64,000 nt of DNA from NCBI GenBank assembly GCA_020137815.1, contig CM035352.1, forward strand, positions 8,866,001-8,930,000, in the 5' to 3' direction. Below the pieces are notes generated by a model. It did not search any database, had not been told where the DNA came from, and saw nothing but the letters and a program-made list of their open reading frames with translations. This stretch comes from Hormiphora californensis (Eukaryota; Animalia; Ctenophora). This document shows, piece after piece, positions 1 to 13,900 of the stretch. The position numbers were made by a program, and so were the translations under genes. The stretch's first letter is position 1; the number at the start of each line of letters is the position of its first letter.

Positions 1-3000
1 ATACAATGATACAGTACCTCCCTCTCCTCCGACTCCTCCTCCTTCTCCTCCATCACCCCCACTAGGTAGGACTGTAGGACCTCAGGGGGCTCAGGACAAC
101 TCGCTGCCCCTTTCCAACGAGTGAGATAATCTAGGGGGTTTTAGACTTTGATTTTCTACGTTGGTCGGTCGAAATATTGTGTAATAGCTACCTAGTTCAT
201 AGCACAGTTTTACTGCTCAGTTAAACCAAGCTGACCAGGTGGCTGGTAGACACATAAATCAAACAGTCAAACCTCGATATACCGGACCTCGATAACAGAT
301 TTACGACGAGTCCGGTAAATCGAGGTTTTATACCCCAGTTTAACCTGGAACTACCATGCCATTTTAAGGGTAACAGTTTACCTTCAACTAGCTTGATGTC
401 CTGAGGAAAGTCTTTAGAAACTGAGAAGAAGTTTGCCACATTGAAGACCCTATTTCCCACCACAGCCCAACTACCATCCTCCTTATGCTCGTGTATCTGT
501 TGTATTGTTAGGGCGGGAGGACAGCCCGGGCCGGAGGTGTCCACCGCCTGGACGAGGTCGCACAAATCAGCCATTCCAGGGAGTGAGGCTGAGAAGTTGT
601 TGAGCGCCAGGAGGAGAGTTCGTAGTAGCTCTGTGTTACCTGTGGGAGAGAGGGAGGGAGGGAGAGAGGGAGAGAGGGAGGGAGAAAGTGAGAGAGAGAA
701 AGTGAGAGAGACAGAGACAGAGAGAGACAGACAGACAGACAGAGAGTGAGAGACCTACATGTCAGTGTGTTCACGGCGGTCCTCTTCAGGTGCAACAGGA
801 CAAGGTTATTGAGGAAATCAGGTAGAAGGACACCCACCGCGGAGGAGTGGAGAACAGGCATGAGGACGGGAAACAGATCAGGTTTACTTTGAATGATGTC
901 CGTGAATACTGTCAACACTCGCATGCTCTGAAACGGGGAGGGGGTTTTGGAGCCAAATTGTAGGGGCTTAGAGGGGTTTGAGAGGGGTTTTGGAGAGGAG
1001 TTGAAAGCCGAGAGGGGTTTTGGAGGGGGATGAAAGGGTGTTGTGGAGAGGGTGTTTGATAGAATCAGGCCCTGATTATCAGGGTAAGCTGCTTTTATAG
1101 AAGGCTATGGAGCTCTCGGTTTATAGTGTCTAGTGGGGGGTTCGGTGTACACATTTCCGGGAGAACAACCCCATAGTAGTATAGTGTGGACCGCTCGCAC
1201 CTGATTCTGTGACGTGGCGGGGCACCAAGTCACGTGACCAACACGTGACGTCACATGGTATCACGTACCTAATACTCTGCTGCTATTGGACGGTTGGTTG
1301 TCACGTGAACACATCACATGACCAAATCATGTGCATCACGTGATTTATCATGTGCCAAGTCACGTGACCAACACGTGATGTGACATGGTATCACGTGACT
1401 GTAGGCACTGATGATCATGTGACCCATGTTATAACCATGTATGGTGAGTCAAGTTATGACCATATATGGTCAATTTGTCTGTACCATGTATGACCATATA
1501 TGTCAATTTGGGATGGATGATCATTTGAAAATATCCAATATATCATTCGTGATTATCAATGATCATTCATGATTATGAGTGATCATTCGATAGTCATTTT
1601 TATAAGACGCAAAAGGGAGACTATTGTTACAAAGTAGGGGAAGTGAAATATTACAAAACATGGCATTACACATCGGCCTCACTTCTTGTTCATCACACCA
1701 CCTCATCCTCAGATGTCTCACTATCGAATTCCTGATCAGTCACATTTTCAACCCTATTTTGATTTTCTCGGATGTTAAAAACCAAACTTGGAAATCTCTT
1801 TTTCGTAAACTTAACAATTAGTTTTTGCTGATTCCAAGGTTTTGTCGTAATCGGTGAGCTTCGCTTCATTGTAGACTATCTCTCTTATACTATCTCTTGC
1901 TGGAAGAAGTTTCTTCTTTTCTTCTAGAGTTAAAATTATCTCTCCATCAAGAACTGCCTTCATCATCAACTTTATTAACCCTTCGTTGTTAGCAAAATCT
2001 GATTTGTAATCAGAGCGGTGAAAGCGACTTTTATGCGTAGCTAAGTTATGCTTAGAAGAAAATGTTCGATCACAATGAAAGCACTCCATGGTTCATGATT
2101 GTGAGTGATCATCATGCCTATATATATAGAGAGATAGAGAGATTCATTAAATCTCACAATAGCAAATATTATATCATGCGTGTCAGTTATACAGAAGCTA
2201 CACCCGACCCTGAAGTTTATCGTCAAGCATTAGGAAGGGATCTTGGAGTTTATTCGAATCAAACGGGTTGCGGGATTGGGCGGATTTTTAAAGAAAATTT
2301 TTAATTGGTGATACCAATTGGAAAAACGATACTGAAACAAGGTTTTGAGTTAGCGAAACCTGGTCTCCAAGATGCTGGAAATCAACTTGTTGGTGCTGCA
2401 AGCAACTATGCAGTAAACAAAATTGAATCTGGAGCCAAAAGAATATTGACAATGTTGGTAAAAGGAAGTTGACCAACTCTCCTAAAACCTATCTCCTATA
2501 AAGGGATATGTTTACCTCTCTAGCTAACCATGTCAAAGTAACTCAAGTCGGCCGAAGGGTTTCCTTCCCAACTTCACCTTTGGGATCCTCAGCCAACACA
2601 AGCAGTAATGTGGAAACGAAATGGGTGGACATTTTATCCTACTAACTCCCTTGAGAACTCTGATGAGATTTCGTTTACCATTCCATCTATGGAGCGGTAT
2701 ATGCTAGAAAATGTTGAATATTTACAGAACTGCGAGTGCTTACAGAGAGTAGAGCTAATCCACCGGCCAAACAAAATGTTTCAACATCACCTCATCTTGC
2801 AGCCAGCTTGTGGAAATGTTGAGGTTTATGCTGGAGGGTTTCTTTGACCCAATCTTATGATAACTCTTACTCCATGTTCAAGTTTTGGGATGATGTAATT
2901 CATAATAATCATGATTCCCGAGCACTACTAAAGCGTCTGGAGGGATTAGATCTTGATTCTGTGGGTGTAAGACAGATAGTGAAACTTGGAGTTTTATCCA

Positions 3001-4849
3001 GCTACAGGAGTCCTAAAAATTTAAATGGTCAAGAAAGGGCCAAAGTTATTGAAGAAGGTAAAACTGTCTATTTGAGGTCAGATCTAAACATTCCTCTATT
3101 CAAACAAGGAAAGCTTCTTCCTACTGAAGTAAAATTTCAAATTAAGCTGACGAAAAACTACTCCGGGTTTATCCTTCTACTGCAGACACTAATACCGATG
3201 AAGTTTATTTTGACAAGGTATTCTTAGATGTACTTTCCAAAGACCTCGGGATACTGTGCTTAGTTTATTGAAGAGCGACTTGCAAAAGAAAATGCCATCT
3301 ATCATGCTGACAAAAGTTATGACTATTTTTCCAGTGACGGATCGTTCCACCACAATACAGCTTAAACCTTATCAATGGCCTCTACCATACTTCTTCCTTG
3401 TATGTGTACAAGACAGAAGCGCCCTAGGAAGAAAGAGGAGTAAAAACCCGTTTCACTGAATCTGGTTAAAACAGCTCAGCTGTATGTAAAGGAAAAGAAC
3501 ATTTCCCACGAGCTTTAGAAATTACAGATCATCTTGAGACAAACATGATGGCAGAGTTTGTAAACGGAACTGGTAGTAAGGGAGACTCTATGGTTATGCA
3601 CCATTACAGGGTGTATCCAGCCTTGGCATTTGATCTCACGCAAGATAAAACACAAAATCAACATGGCCTCAACTTGATGCAAAGTGGATTGTTAGATTGT
3701 CCATGGAAATGCTGCGACAACCAACTGAGGATCTAGTAGTTGATGGTACTCGCTTGGTACGAACAAGTTATTGAAGTGAATAAAAATAGACAATTTTTCA
3801 TCGTTTTGAAAGTTTAGCGTGTTCTTATTTTTACCACATAAACCTGGTGTTTACCTTCGTTCTTTTGTCACCCTAAAATGATCACCCACGATCATTTTCC
3901 TATAAAAACAATGCTCTCACTGGTAGTTTTAACCATGTACCTTATCGCTACTAGCCATAAACAAAACCCCAGTCAATTTGTCTTTCGTTCGGAGAATGCT
4001 TAGACTTGAATGGCACTATGAGGTGGCTGTAAAAAGTGTTAGTCACGCTCTCTTCATCTACATTTAATGTAACCGAGGTAACAATCATTTTTTGGTATCC
4101 GAAAAGGGACATGATTATGAATCCAGAGATTCTACCAATTCCACCTGGTGTTTATCGAAACGGAGCACAGTTGCTGCTAGCAATGCAACAGGCTATAAGC
4201 TCCAAAGAAACGAAAATCTGGCGAATGGTTCTGATCATTGGCCTATCCCAGAGTACTTTGCAGATGAAACAACCATGTATGTACGCTGGCGTATCATCAT
4301 TCCAGTAAAGGATTTGCAACCAGTGAAAATAGTGTACTGAGGTTTTTTAAGATTTACATGGAAAACGGTCCATTGCACCTTTTACCATCGAAAATTGCAG
4401 CTAAAAAGAAGACTTTCCGACATGCAAAACTGGATATATCTATTCAAACATTGCACCACACACACACACGGACTATAGACAAAGAAATGAACATAACTCG
4501 AGATTTTTCGCTATGTTCCCATTCGAGCAAAAATGGGATACAATCATTATGAATTTGTAAACCCTTCTTATTTCAAAGTGAGATTTGTCTCCTTTACTGA
4601 AATACGTTGTAATTTGTGACAATATGGGCAAGCTTTTTGAGTTTTCAGAAGATGATGCGAGAGATTTCCCTACGTCGATGGTTTTGCATTTTCGAAGTTA
4701 GATGAACAGTTAATTCATAATTTTTGTTTCTTTTGGAATACATAAATTGATTTTTATCCTTATGACTGTGTAGTGAAAACACCTGGTACACCTTAAACGC
4801 ATTTAAAGCCTCTCTTGTCTAGTGTATATCTCCTCTCTCTCTCTCCCTC

Positions 4850-4900
<51 letters not shown>

Positions 4901-7900
4901 ATGAATAACTGAACAAGAAAGTGAGGCCGATGTGTAATGCCATTGTTGTAATATTTCACTTCCCCTACTGTTGTAACAATAGTCTCCCTTTTGCGTCTAT
5001 AAAAATGACTATCGAATGATCACTCATAATCATGAATGAACATTGATAATCACGAATGATATATTGGATATTTTCAAATGATCATCCATCACAAATTGAC
5101 CATAGTTTAAGTTTAAGTTTAAGTTTAAGTTTAAAATAAATGGAACGAGAAACAGTGAGAATTAATAAATAATTGTACCACCTCGTTCGGATTAAAAAAA
5201 AGGAAGAAAAGAATATACACACGCACTCGCACACACACGCACTCACACGCACACACATACACACACACACCCACTCACACACCTCACACACACTCACACA
5301 CCCCACGCACACACACACAAAAAAAACTGACACACAACACACACGCATACAATCACCCACCGCGTACACGCACACACACACGCCCACTCGGACTCACATC
5401 ACCCGAAAACACCAAAAAACGCTCCCATTAAACTCTAACGAGACTGCAATAATCACAAAAAAAAAATCACCAACTAACACAGTACATACCGGTTAAGCCC
5501 ACACACGTACACACACACACACACACACGTAACACAACACCAAACACTCACACGCACACCCAAGCATGCAGGTAGAGTTAGATAAACGTGGGCTGCAACT
5601 CTTCACCGGACATGAAGATTTATCAGTGGAACCGGTTCTTCGCCCTGAGGCAGTTCGCGGGCCCAGGACTTTCAGATCTATGTGTGCGACATGCGGCCAG
5701 AAATTTGTTGAGTGGTGTGATCAGTTCGGATTGAAGATGTTGTGATTGTCTTTTGATTTGAGTATTTGGAGAAGTTTGGCGTGTTCTTTCTCAGTTCCTC
5801 GTTACTCGGGACAGTCAAATAGAGCGTGTGTTTCATCCTCAAAGATAGGGTCCGCCATAGGTAGCTGGTTGAAGAACGGCGTTTGATCTGTCAACACAGT
5901 AACCATGTGCGCAGGTCACCCGTGTAACGACCTGTTTCGATAAGGAGGTCGTGAGCACTGAGTCTCAGTTTGGCGACGTGTGTTCTGTCTTGTCTTTGTA
6001 GATCCAGGTATTGGGAGTATCCATACTCTTGTTTAATCGTGTTGAAGAAACTGAGTTTGGATTGGGTGCTGCGCAGTGCGTCCCAGTGGTAAACATGTTG
6101 ATGTTCAAGTTGTCTCTGCCGCCTTCCTTAGGGTGGAGTCCCAAAAGTCAAACCACTCCAGGTTGAGAGTGCGTTGTTCACGGACGGCAAGGGCGAGTAG
6201 AGATGAGTCTTGGTCGTCTGATGCTTTAGACAGGGCTCTAATGAAATATTTCGAGCACTGCTGATGGACCGAGATTGATAGGGGTGCTCTTCCCGTTTCT
6301 CCGTACACTGCCGTGTTGGTTGTTTTGCTGTGCACACCCTACCACTTGAGAAATCCAGGTGTACTCGTTCAAAATGATCGGTAGATAGTCTCTTGAAGAT
6401 CCTTTATGGTCTAGATGATCTCCTCTGGTTCTCGTTCTTGCCGCTTGAGTGGGGTAGCCACACCTGTACTCCGTAAGTTAGGATGGAGCAATTAGGTGGT
6501 CGAATAGCTTCATCAGACTCCAGCCCGAGAGAGCCTGTGAGTTTATTGTACGTTTGAGAACTAGACATGCACGTTTCCTTTGGTTGATAGGTTTTCAATT
6601 GCTGGTTGAGGGAACCTTTTGCGGAGAAGATCAGGCCCAGATAGCAATGTGCTTGGTTGGTTGAAGGGATTTGTTATTTAGCTTGAATCCATAGCTTTCC
6701 GGTAGAAGTCTGCCCTGTTTGTTAAAAACTAACACCTGGGTTTTGTCAATATTAACTTCAAGTTCCCACGTCCTAGTGTAGTGACCCAGGGTGTCTAGAA
6801 GAGACTGTAAAGAAGTCTTGTTGAGAGCCAGGACCACAATGTCGTCCGCCCACATCAGGTTATTGGTTGGCTTGTTGTCAAGTTGGGGAAAGTTCCTGTG
6901 TTTCGTTGAGAAGATGGGATAGCTCGTGAACAAACATTTTAAATAGTTCGGGGGATAAGGGGTGCCCCTGTTCGGTGCCGATTGGACGCAAACGACTCAG
7001 ACAGTTTGTCCGCCAGCCTTATGCACGTAGTTGATCCCTCGTAATATTCTGGAGACAGGAAAAGAAGTTACCGCCGACCCCCATGTCCGCTAGCTTTTTT
7101 AAGAGGCCTTGCCTGCAAACGCGGTCAAAGGCTTTTCGCATGTCGATAAAGCATGAGTACACCTGACCTTCTTTTTCTTGAGATATTTGTCCAAAATGGT
7201 CTTCAGAACTAGGAGATGATCTGAAGTTTGTCCTCCTTTGCAAAAGCCTAGCTGGTTAATAGTATCTGGACAAACTTTCGCCCTGAATGATATGAGGCGG
7301 CTAAGCAATATTGATGAGATAGCTTACCAAGACAGCTACCGAGGTTTATGGCACGGTAATTGTCTGGATCCTCTTGTCACTTTTTTGTGTAGAACGGTTG
7401 TAACTGAGGCATTCCATGGGTAGCAACCTGTTCTGAGACAGCCGTTTAGATGCTTAAGAGTGAGAGCGTTCATATCACTAGATAGATTTTTAAGCATTTC
7501 GTTCCTTATTAGATCAAGGGATGCACTTTTGTTAGATTTCAGAGAAGAGATAGCTTCTTTGAGTTCCTCTTGAGTAATAGATCTGTTGAGGATCTCCAGT
7601 TCAGCTGGTGTTGGTGCATTGCTAGAGATCAACTTGTCCGGGTGATCTTCAGATTGCTTGAGACATTTACTTGAGTACAAGTTCTTAAGAAGACAAAGAA
7701 ATTATGTAGATCCAGTAGATCGAATTGATCGGTTTGGCTATTTTCTCTTTTGAGTCTCTTGAAGGCCGTCCAGTCGATGGTTTTACAGTTCTCCACTTTG
7801 GCATTGAGTTCGAATAGAAAACTATACTTTTTTGACCGTATTGTTCTCTATACTCCCTCTTGGCATTGTAAAACTCGGTACGAAGTTGAGGGTTACTGGG

Positions 7901-10900
7901 ATGTCTGGAAAGGCGCCGGAGGCGTTCCGGAGTTCGTCCTGAGAAGCCAGCAGTCATCGTCAAACCATTTGGATTTCCCGGGAAGTGATTTGGATCTCGC
8001 CAGCGCTTGTATTGGCCGCTTCAGTAAGAATATGCGTCACTTGGTGGTTTAGATCCGCTGCATCGCCCTTGGTGTTAATCGGCTTCTCCAGGAGTAACTT
8101 TACTTTGCTGATGTTTCCTTGCTATTTAGCGCTGTGAGAAATGCTGTTCCAGAGGTTTGGTCTTTAGCTTGCCATTTGAACCCCTTGGGTGCTGTTTTGG
8201 CTGGTTTGTCTGAGTCAAACAGGTTTTTTTATTTGACTAGGAGTCCTCAGTTTAAGATGTAGTGGGCGGTGGTCAGATATGGGGTTGACTGGGCCGACTA
8301 TTAGAGAGTCAACCATGTCAAAAACGGTGCTCGTAGTGCAGAAGTAATCAACTGTGCTGGAACCGTTAGGACGAATGGCATGTTGTTGCACCGTATATAT
8401 CGCCAACTACTCTGCCGTTCAGGATCGCCAATCCTGAGCTCTGGATAAAGTCAAGGAAGCTCTTGTTTCTGTTGTTAGTTTTCATATCTTCTGACGATCG
8501 GGGAGGGAGGAATGCAAGGTGGTCTGATTCAAGAAGGTCGGAGCTTGCTTCGGGTAGACCATGGAGAGGGGACAGGAGTTCGGCGTGCTCGTTCGGTAGG
8601 TTGTTACCAAGTCGAGCATTGAAGTCACCGCAAACTATGAACTCAGTTAAAGGATCTGACCGACCGATTAGTTCTTGAATACAATCGGTGACTGATTCCA
8701 GTTCGTTAGTTTTGTTCCGTTTCTTGTATGAGCTTTCACTAGGTGAGTCGTAGGCGGAAACAAGAATGACATGGTACCCTAGTAGAGTACTTCGTATCTT
8801 TATGGCTACTACGTCGGGGTGGGTGGTCGGCACTGAGCTCACCAAAGTTGAGAGGCCGTTGGTAACAGCGATGCATACGCCACCCGATCTTGAGTCTTTC
8901 CTGTTGGAGTTGAAACACCGATATCCTTTGATTTTGATGGGTTGTTTAGTCTCTTGGAGACAGACAAGTTAGCCCCTTTCGCCACTGTTAGGTAGTCTGA
9001 CATGTTTGTTTTAACACCTTCGTCACGTGTTTGAATGTCGTGTATATTCCAGGATACGAGCTTCAGCGTGTTGTTGCGAACAGGGGAGAGTTCAGGAGTT
9101 GAATTGTTTTTATTCATGGCTGGTGTTGTTAGTTTGGGAACGTTGATTTGGGTTTGGGTGAAGGCGCAGAGCTTTCAGATCTGCTTCTAAGTCGAAGCCA
9201 GTTCCGCTTCTCTCCATATTCGTTCGGGGTAGGTTGTGACGTGTTGTCGGGACTTGATACGCACAGATTAGGGAGTTTTCCGCTGTGGTATGAGAAAACA
9301 CGTTTGGAAAAGGAGGAGCTTTGTTGTCTATAGGAGGAAACGAATGTTCAATGAACTTGATGTGTTGGATGAGGTTCTCGATTTTGGAGCCCTTTGGTCC
9401 ACACAACAGGTTCCATGAGCAGTGTTGGCTTTTTTGTTCGCATTTGTTAGTATGTTGGATTTATCTTGGAGCACCATTCAGTAATTTCATTCGTGGTGGC
9501 ACCACTTTGGATGTCAAACCAGCCAACGTTGATGCAAATGCAGTCGGGGTTTGTTTTAGCTACCAGTTCGTTTATGCGGCTGGAGTCGTTGGATGCAAGA
9601 CCCTTTAGTGTCTTGCACGGAATCAATTTTACCTTGAGGTGGCTTGCAAAAGCACTTTCATCAAATTTAGACAGTGAGCCATCATCTATTACTAGAGCGT
9701 ACTGTTTTCTGTAGGATCGACCAGTACTGGACCTCGAGTCACGTCTGGAGCGGTCTGAGGAGGTGATTCGATGATTGCCGCTGAGTATGATTGTTGTCTT
9801 CTTGGTCTGAGGTACTGTGGATTCGATTCTAGGTTTTTGAGTTGGTACAGGTAGCAGGGGCTTCCTTTTGTTTGTTGCCAATGTCCAGGGAAGTTCTTGG
9901 CCGCCATTGTTGTCTGATGATTCAGAGATAGCATGTCCTTGGAATGACTGTTGGGCAGTGGTAACCGGTGTTTCAGAGGAAACAGATGCTGGTGCTGGAG
10001 GTACTGCATTGTTGGGCGGCTGTTGAGCTGTGGTAGCCGGTGTTTCAGAGGAAACAGATGCTGGAGCTGCATTTCTGGACGGCTGTTGAGCTGTGGTAAC
10101 CGGTGTTTCGGAGGAAGCAGGTACTAGCTCTGGGGGTGCTGTATTGCTGGAAAGCTGTTGAGCTTTGGTAACCGGTCTTTCGGAGGAAGCAGGTACTAGG
10201 TCTGGGGGTGCTGAATTGCTGGACAGCTGTTGGGCCGTGGTATCCGATGTTTCAGAGGAAGCAGGTGCTGGCTCTGAGGGTGCTGGGTTGCTTAACGGCT
10301 GTTGAGTCGTGGAGATAGTATTGGTATGGGTGCCGTTTGAACTTGCTCTGGTGTTTACCTGGGGTTTGTTTTGGCGGATGATGGATTTGAGAGCCTCGTT
10401 TTCCGTCTTTAGTTTGACTATCTCTAGAAGGTTGCATCTTGCATTTCAGTGGTCCGAGTTCTGGTTTCCGAGAGTGTCCACTTTTTCCATTAGTTGTGAG
10501 AGCATATCCATAAGCTGATTGTAGTTGTGGTTATGGTTTTGGGGCTGCACTTCTTTTCCTGAAGAGGTTTTTCGAGCTTTACCCGTAGATTGGGCAGTCT
10601 TACCTACTAGAGAGTCGATCTTTTGACTGTTTTCCTCAACAACCTCTTTGAGACTGAGTATTCCATTTTCCAGGGCTTTCAGGGGTCTCAAGGCCTGCTC
10701 CGAGGCCTGCTCCGAGCATGTACATATCTGAATGTTACCAGTACTTGCTGGGATGTGTGAAGATGCGGGCTTGGAGGTTTGGTGGTTTTCCTCGTTTGTT
10801 GAAGGTGTAGTCAGTGACTCAATGGTGTTTGTTGGTTTTTCTACTTGCGGTGACTTGGTACTCGTTGAGGGGTCTTCTGTTTCTTCCGGGTTGGGTGGTT

Positions 10901-13900
10901 TGTGTTGGATGGGGCTTCGGTTAGAGTAGATTGGGAGAGGATCTTTTTCATCCGTCTGCGTTGTCTCTTTTTCAAGTGGGATGAGTTAAGAGAGCTTGTT
11001 ATGTCGGAGACAAGGATCCATCCATGTTGATCTTGTTTTCACCCAACATTAGATCAATTAGTTGTTGTTCCTCGAGTGGCGGTTGTTAGCCGGTGAAATG
11101 TTCATATTATTGAGTTCTTTCTTCACTGCAGGATTCTTAGTTTTAGGATAAGAAAACTCAGTCGGCAAGCGGGGGGACAGGGCTCGGTGGAGCACTTTTC
11201 AGTCAGAATTTGTTTGAGGAGCGCCTTATTGTCATCCAGGTTAGGTGAGGGATTAATATTGCATTTTTTCAGAATTTTACTTAGCGGCTTGGCTTGCCTA
11301 TTGGTAAACGAGTCAATCGCCCTGAGGAGTAGGTCGAGGTGTCTGTTAGCTGTGTTTTTCTCCTTCGTGGTCTTATCGACTACGGACAAGGAAGTTGTAT
11401 ACTCCTGACTAGTTGAAGCTGGTGACTTCTGGATGATTGAGTCCTCTTTCGCTGGAGTTGAAGGTCCGTGAGGTAGCTGGGTGGGCTCTTCTTTCGGAGA
11501 TTGGGATTGACTGGTTCGGTATTTGGTAGCCCTGTCAAGATTGGTATTGTTTGCATCTAGGGGACAACCCTGGTGCGCTGGATCCATGAGGGCGGGCAAT
11601 TCGTTCGCTATACTGGACCTATCAATTGTGGGAGTTTTAACCGGACTAGGTTGCTTTGGGTGACCTAGTCTTGGTGTCTTGAGACAGTAGTTATCCTCTA
11701 TTTTTAGGTTGTGTTTCGGTCGGGAGTCACAGCTATGTTGCTAGGTCCCGTGGTAGCGATGTCATCAAGACCGGTATCATTTTGATTGTGTAGATCATCA
11801 GGGATGATGGTTTCAGGGGTTTTGTTAGTAGGGATAACGATAAGCAAGGAATCGTGTGTCGTGGCCGACCTGGAGGTGATGCTAGAGTCATTATCTGTTG
11901 AGCTGTGAATGCTAACATCATTAATCTTTGGTTTGCCCAGTTCTGTGGGCAGAGGAGTTTTTCATCACTAGATGAAATACTGGCGATATCCAGAATGACG
12001 GCTATCTCTTACGGAGCCTGGTATGGCGTCGCATCTCACGTAGAGAGAAATGCTAGATGCTATTTCACGTGGGATTATTATAACATTACCTGGGCACACG
12101 TTAATTTCGGTGAGCGGAATGTCTGTTCCTTGGTGAGGGCGGAGTTGTAGAACATGATTTTTAGTGCCAACTAGTAGAATGGTTAGTGGATAGTTGGAAT
12201 TCTGGCCTGGTGGTTCGAGCGCATGGGATGTTGTTTTTGGAGGTATTGAGGTAACGCTGATATCTACACAACAGAGTTTGAGAGATTCGAACCTCTGGGT
12301 GGTGGCTGACGTCAGCTCATGATTCAGCTGCTTGTAGGTTAGCTTATCCTTGTCAAGTGATATTGTGCTGGTGACCCACTTGGCCATGTCTCCACACACG
12401 GCGCTGAACTCGTTCTCAAGATCCTCGTTGATGTTTAGTTGACCAGGGTTGGTTGGTGTCTCTTCGTGGGGAAGTTGGTCGAGGAGATAAACCTTGGCAG
12501 AGAGATCTTCTGACACAACAGCAGAACCAGGGAGGCTCATTCTTTGGAAACCCTGATGCAATCCGCGGCATGGCTCTGAGTTTGAGCGACTCCTTGTTGA
12601 GTGTACCGAGAGTTTCTTTTCTATCCGAGACTTTATCTTTCTTCTGATCGATTCGATGGGGGATTGGGAGCTGTATGGGGTAGATCTGTAAACTCCGCCT
12701 GACCCAGGTGGTCTCCGTTTCAGTGGGGGAGACCTCAGCTTCAATGTTCCAAGTTGGTTCCGAGAGATGGGGGGCCGCGGAGGAGGCCGATCAGGAGTTT
12801 TTAGGTCAATGCTAAGCTCAGTGTTATCTAGGTAGGCACTGATCTCGAACAGTGAACTGCCTCCGCTGCCAGAGATGGAGTAGTCCTTGGCCCCTACCAG
12901 TGACTGTGTGATTCGTTGTTGAGAGGTGGTTAACGAATCAAGAATGGTCGTTACTGGGCTGAGCCAGAAGGGTCCTGTGATTGAACCTTTAACAGGGGAC
13001 TTCTTTGGGGTTGGCTCGTCCAGTAGTTTGACAGGGTTAGCGATACTGTTGGAAAGATCGGTATCGCTGGGGTTCGGAGTCTTCTCATCACCTGGTGCTT
13101 GTCCTATGATCATGAATAGTAGTGAGAATAGGAACAGCCATCTTGCAGAGAGTGCGAGGGGGTGTGCACTGCTGGTAGGTGGGGCGGTTGGGCGAGTAAC
13201 CCAGTCGAGGCTACAACAGGAGAAGTAGATCTCGACAGGTTGAGTGTAGTTGAAGATTCCGAGAGCCGGCGTGCATGGTATTGGATCATATTGTTGGGAC
13301 CGCGATGCGCCTTCAAATTGGTTTTTATACAATACTGCGGTATCACCAGCTGCACTAGTTATTGGTAAGCCGGTGAGTGCTAGTACTGTGAATGCAAGCA
13401 GCCAAGTTAGTCGAGATGGTGAGCGAGCTGTTGCTGTACTAGTTCTGTTTGATGGGTGAGTTGTAGACTTGTTTGATTGGAAGTCACAGTGAATTTCAGC
13501 TGCTGGGTCATTGGTACTTATTCCAGTGAATTCCCACTGTATAGAGCGGCTCGGTGGCGCAGATGGAAGTGACGCCGGGAACCATGCTTGTGTGAAGCGA
13601 GATGTTAATGGTTCTGATCTCTGTGACTTTTGTGCATTTTTGCAATGGAATGGGGGGCTTGGTATTTTGGTGCCAATTGGGTGTTCACGTGGTTCTGGTG
13701 GTTGGGCGATCTGGTAGTTGAGGAATTGGGAGAAGTGAGCTGGCACGGATTCATGTGCTCGTGCTTATTCACCCGGGCCCTGAGAGATTGTTTGGATGTG
13801 TCAGAGTGGTGGCTAGAATGAGAGATTGTTGGAGTGTGCAGGTTAGAGGGGGTGTGAGGAGTGTGCTTGATGCTGTGATAGATGACCATTGGGAGTTGGA

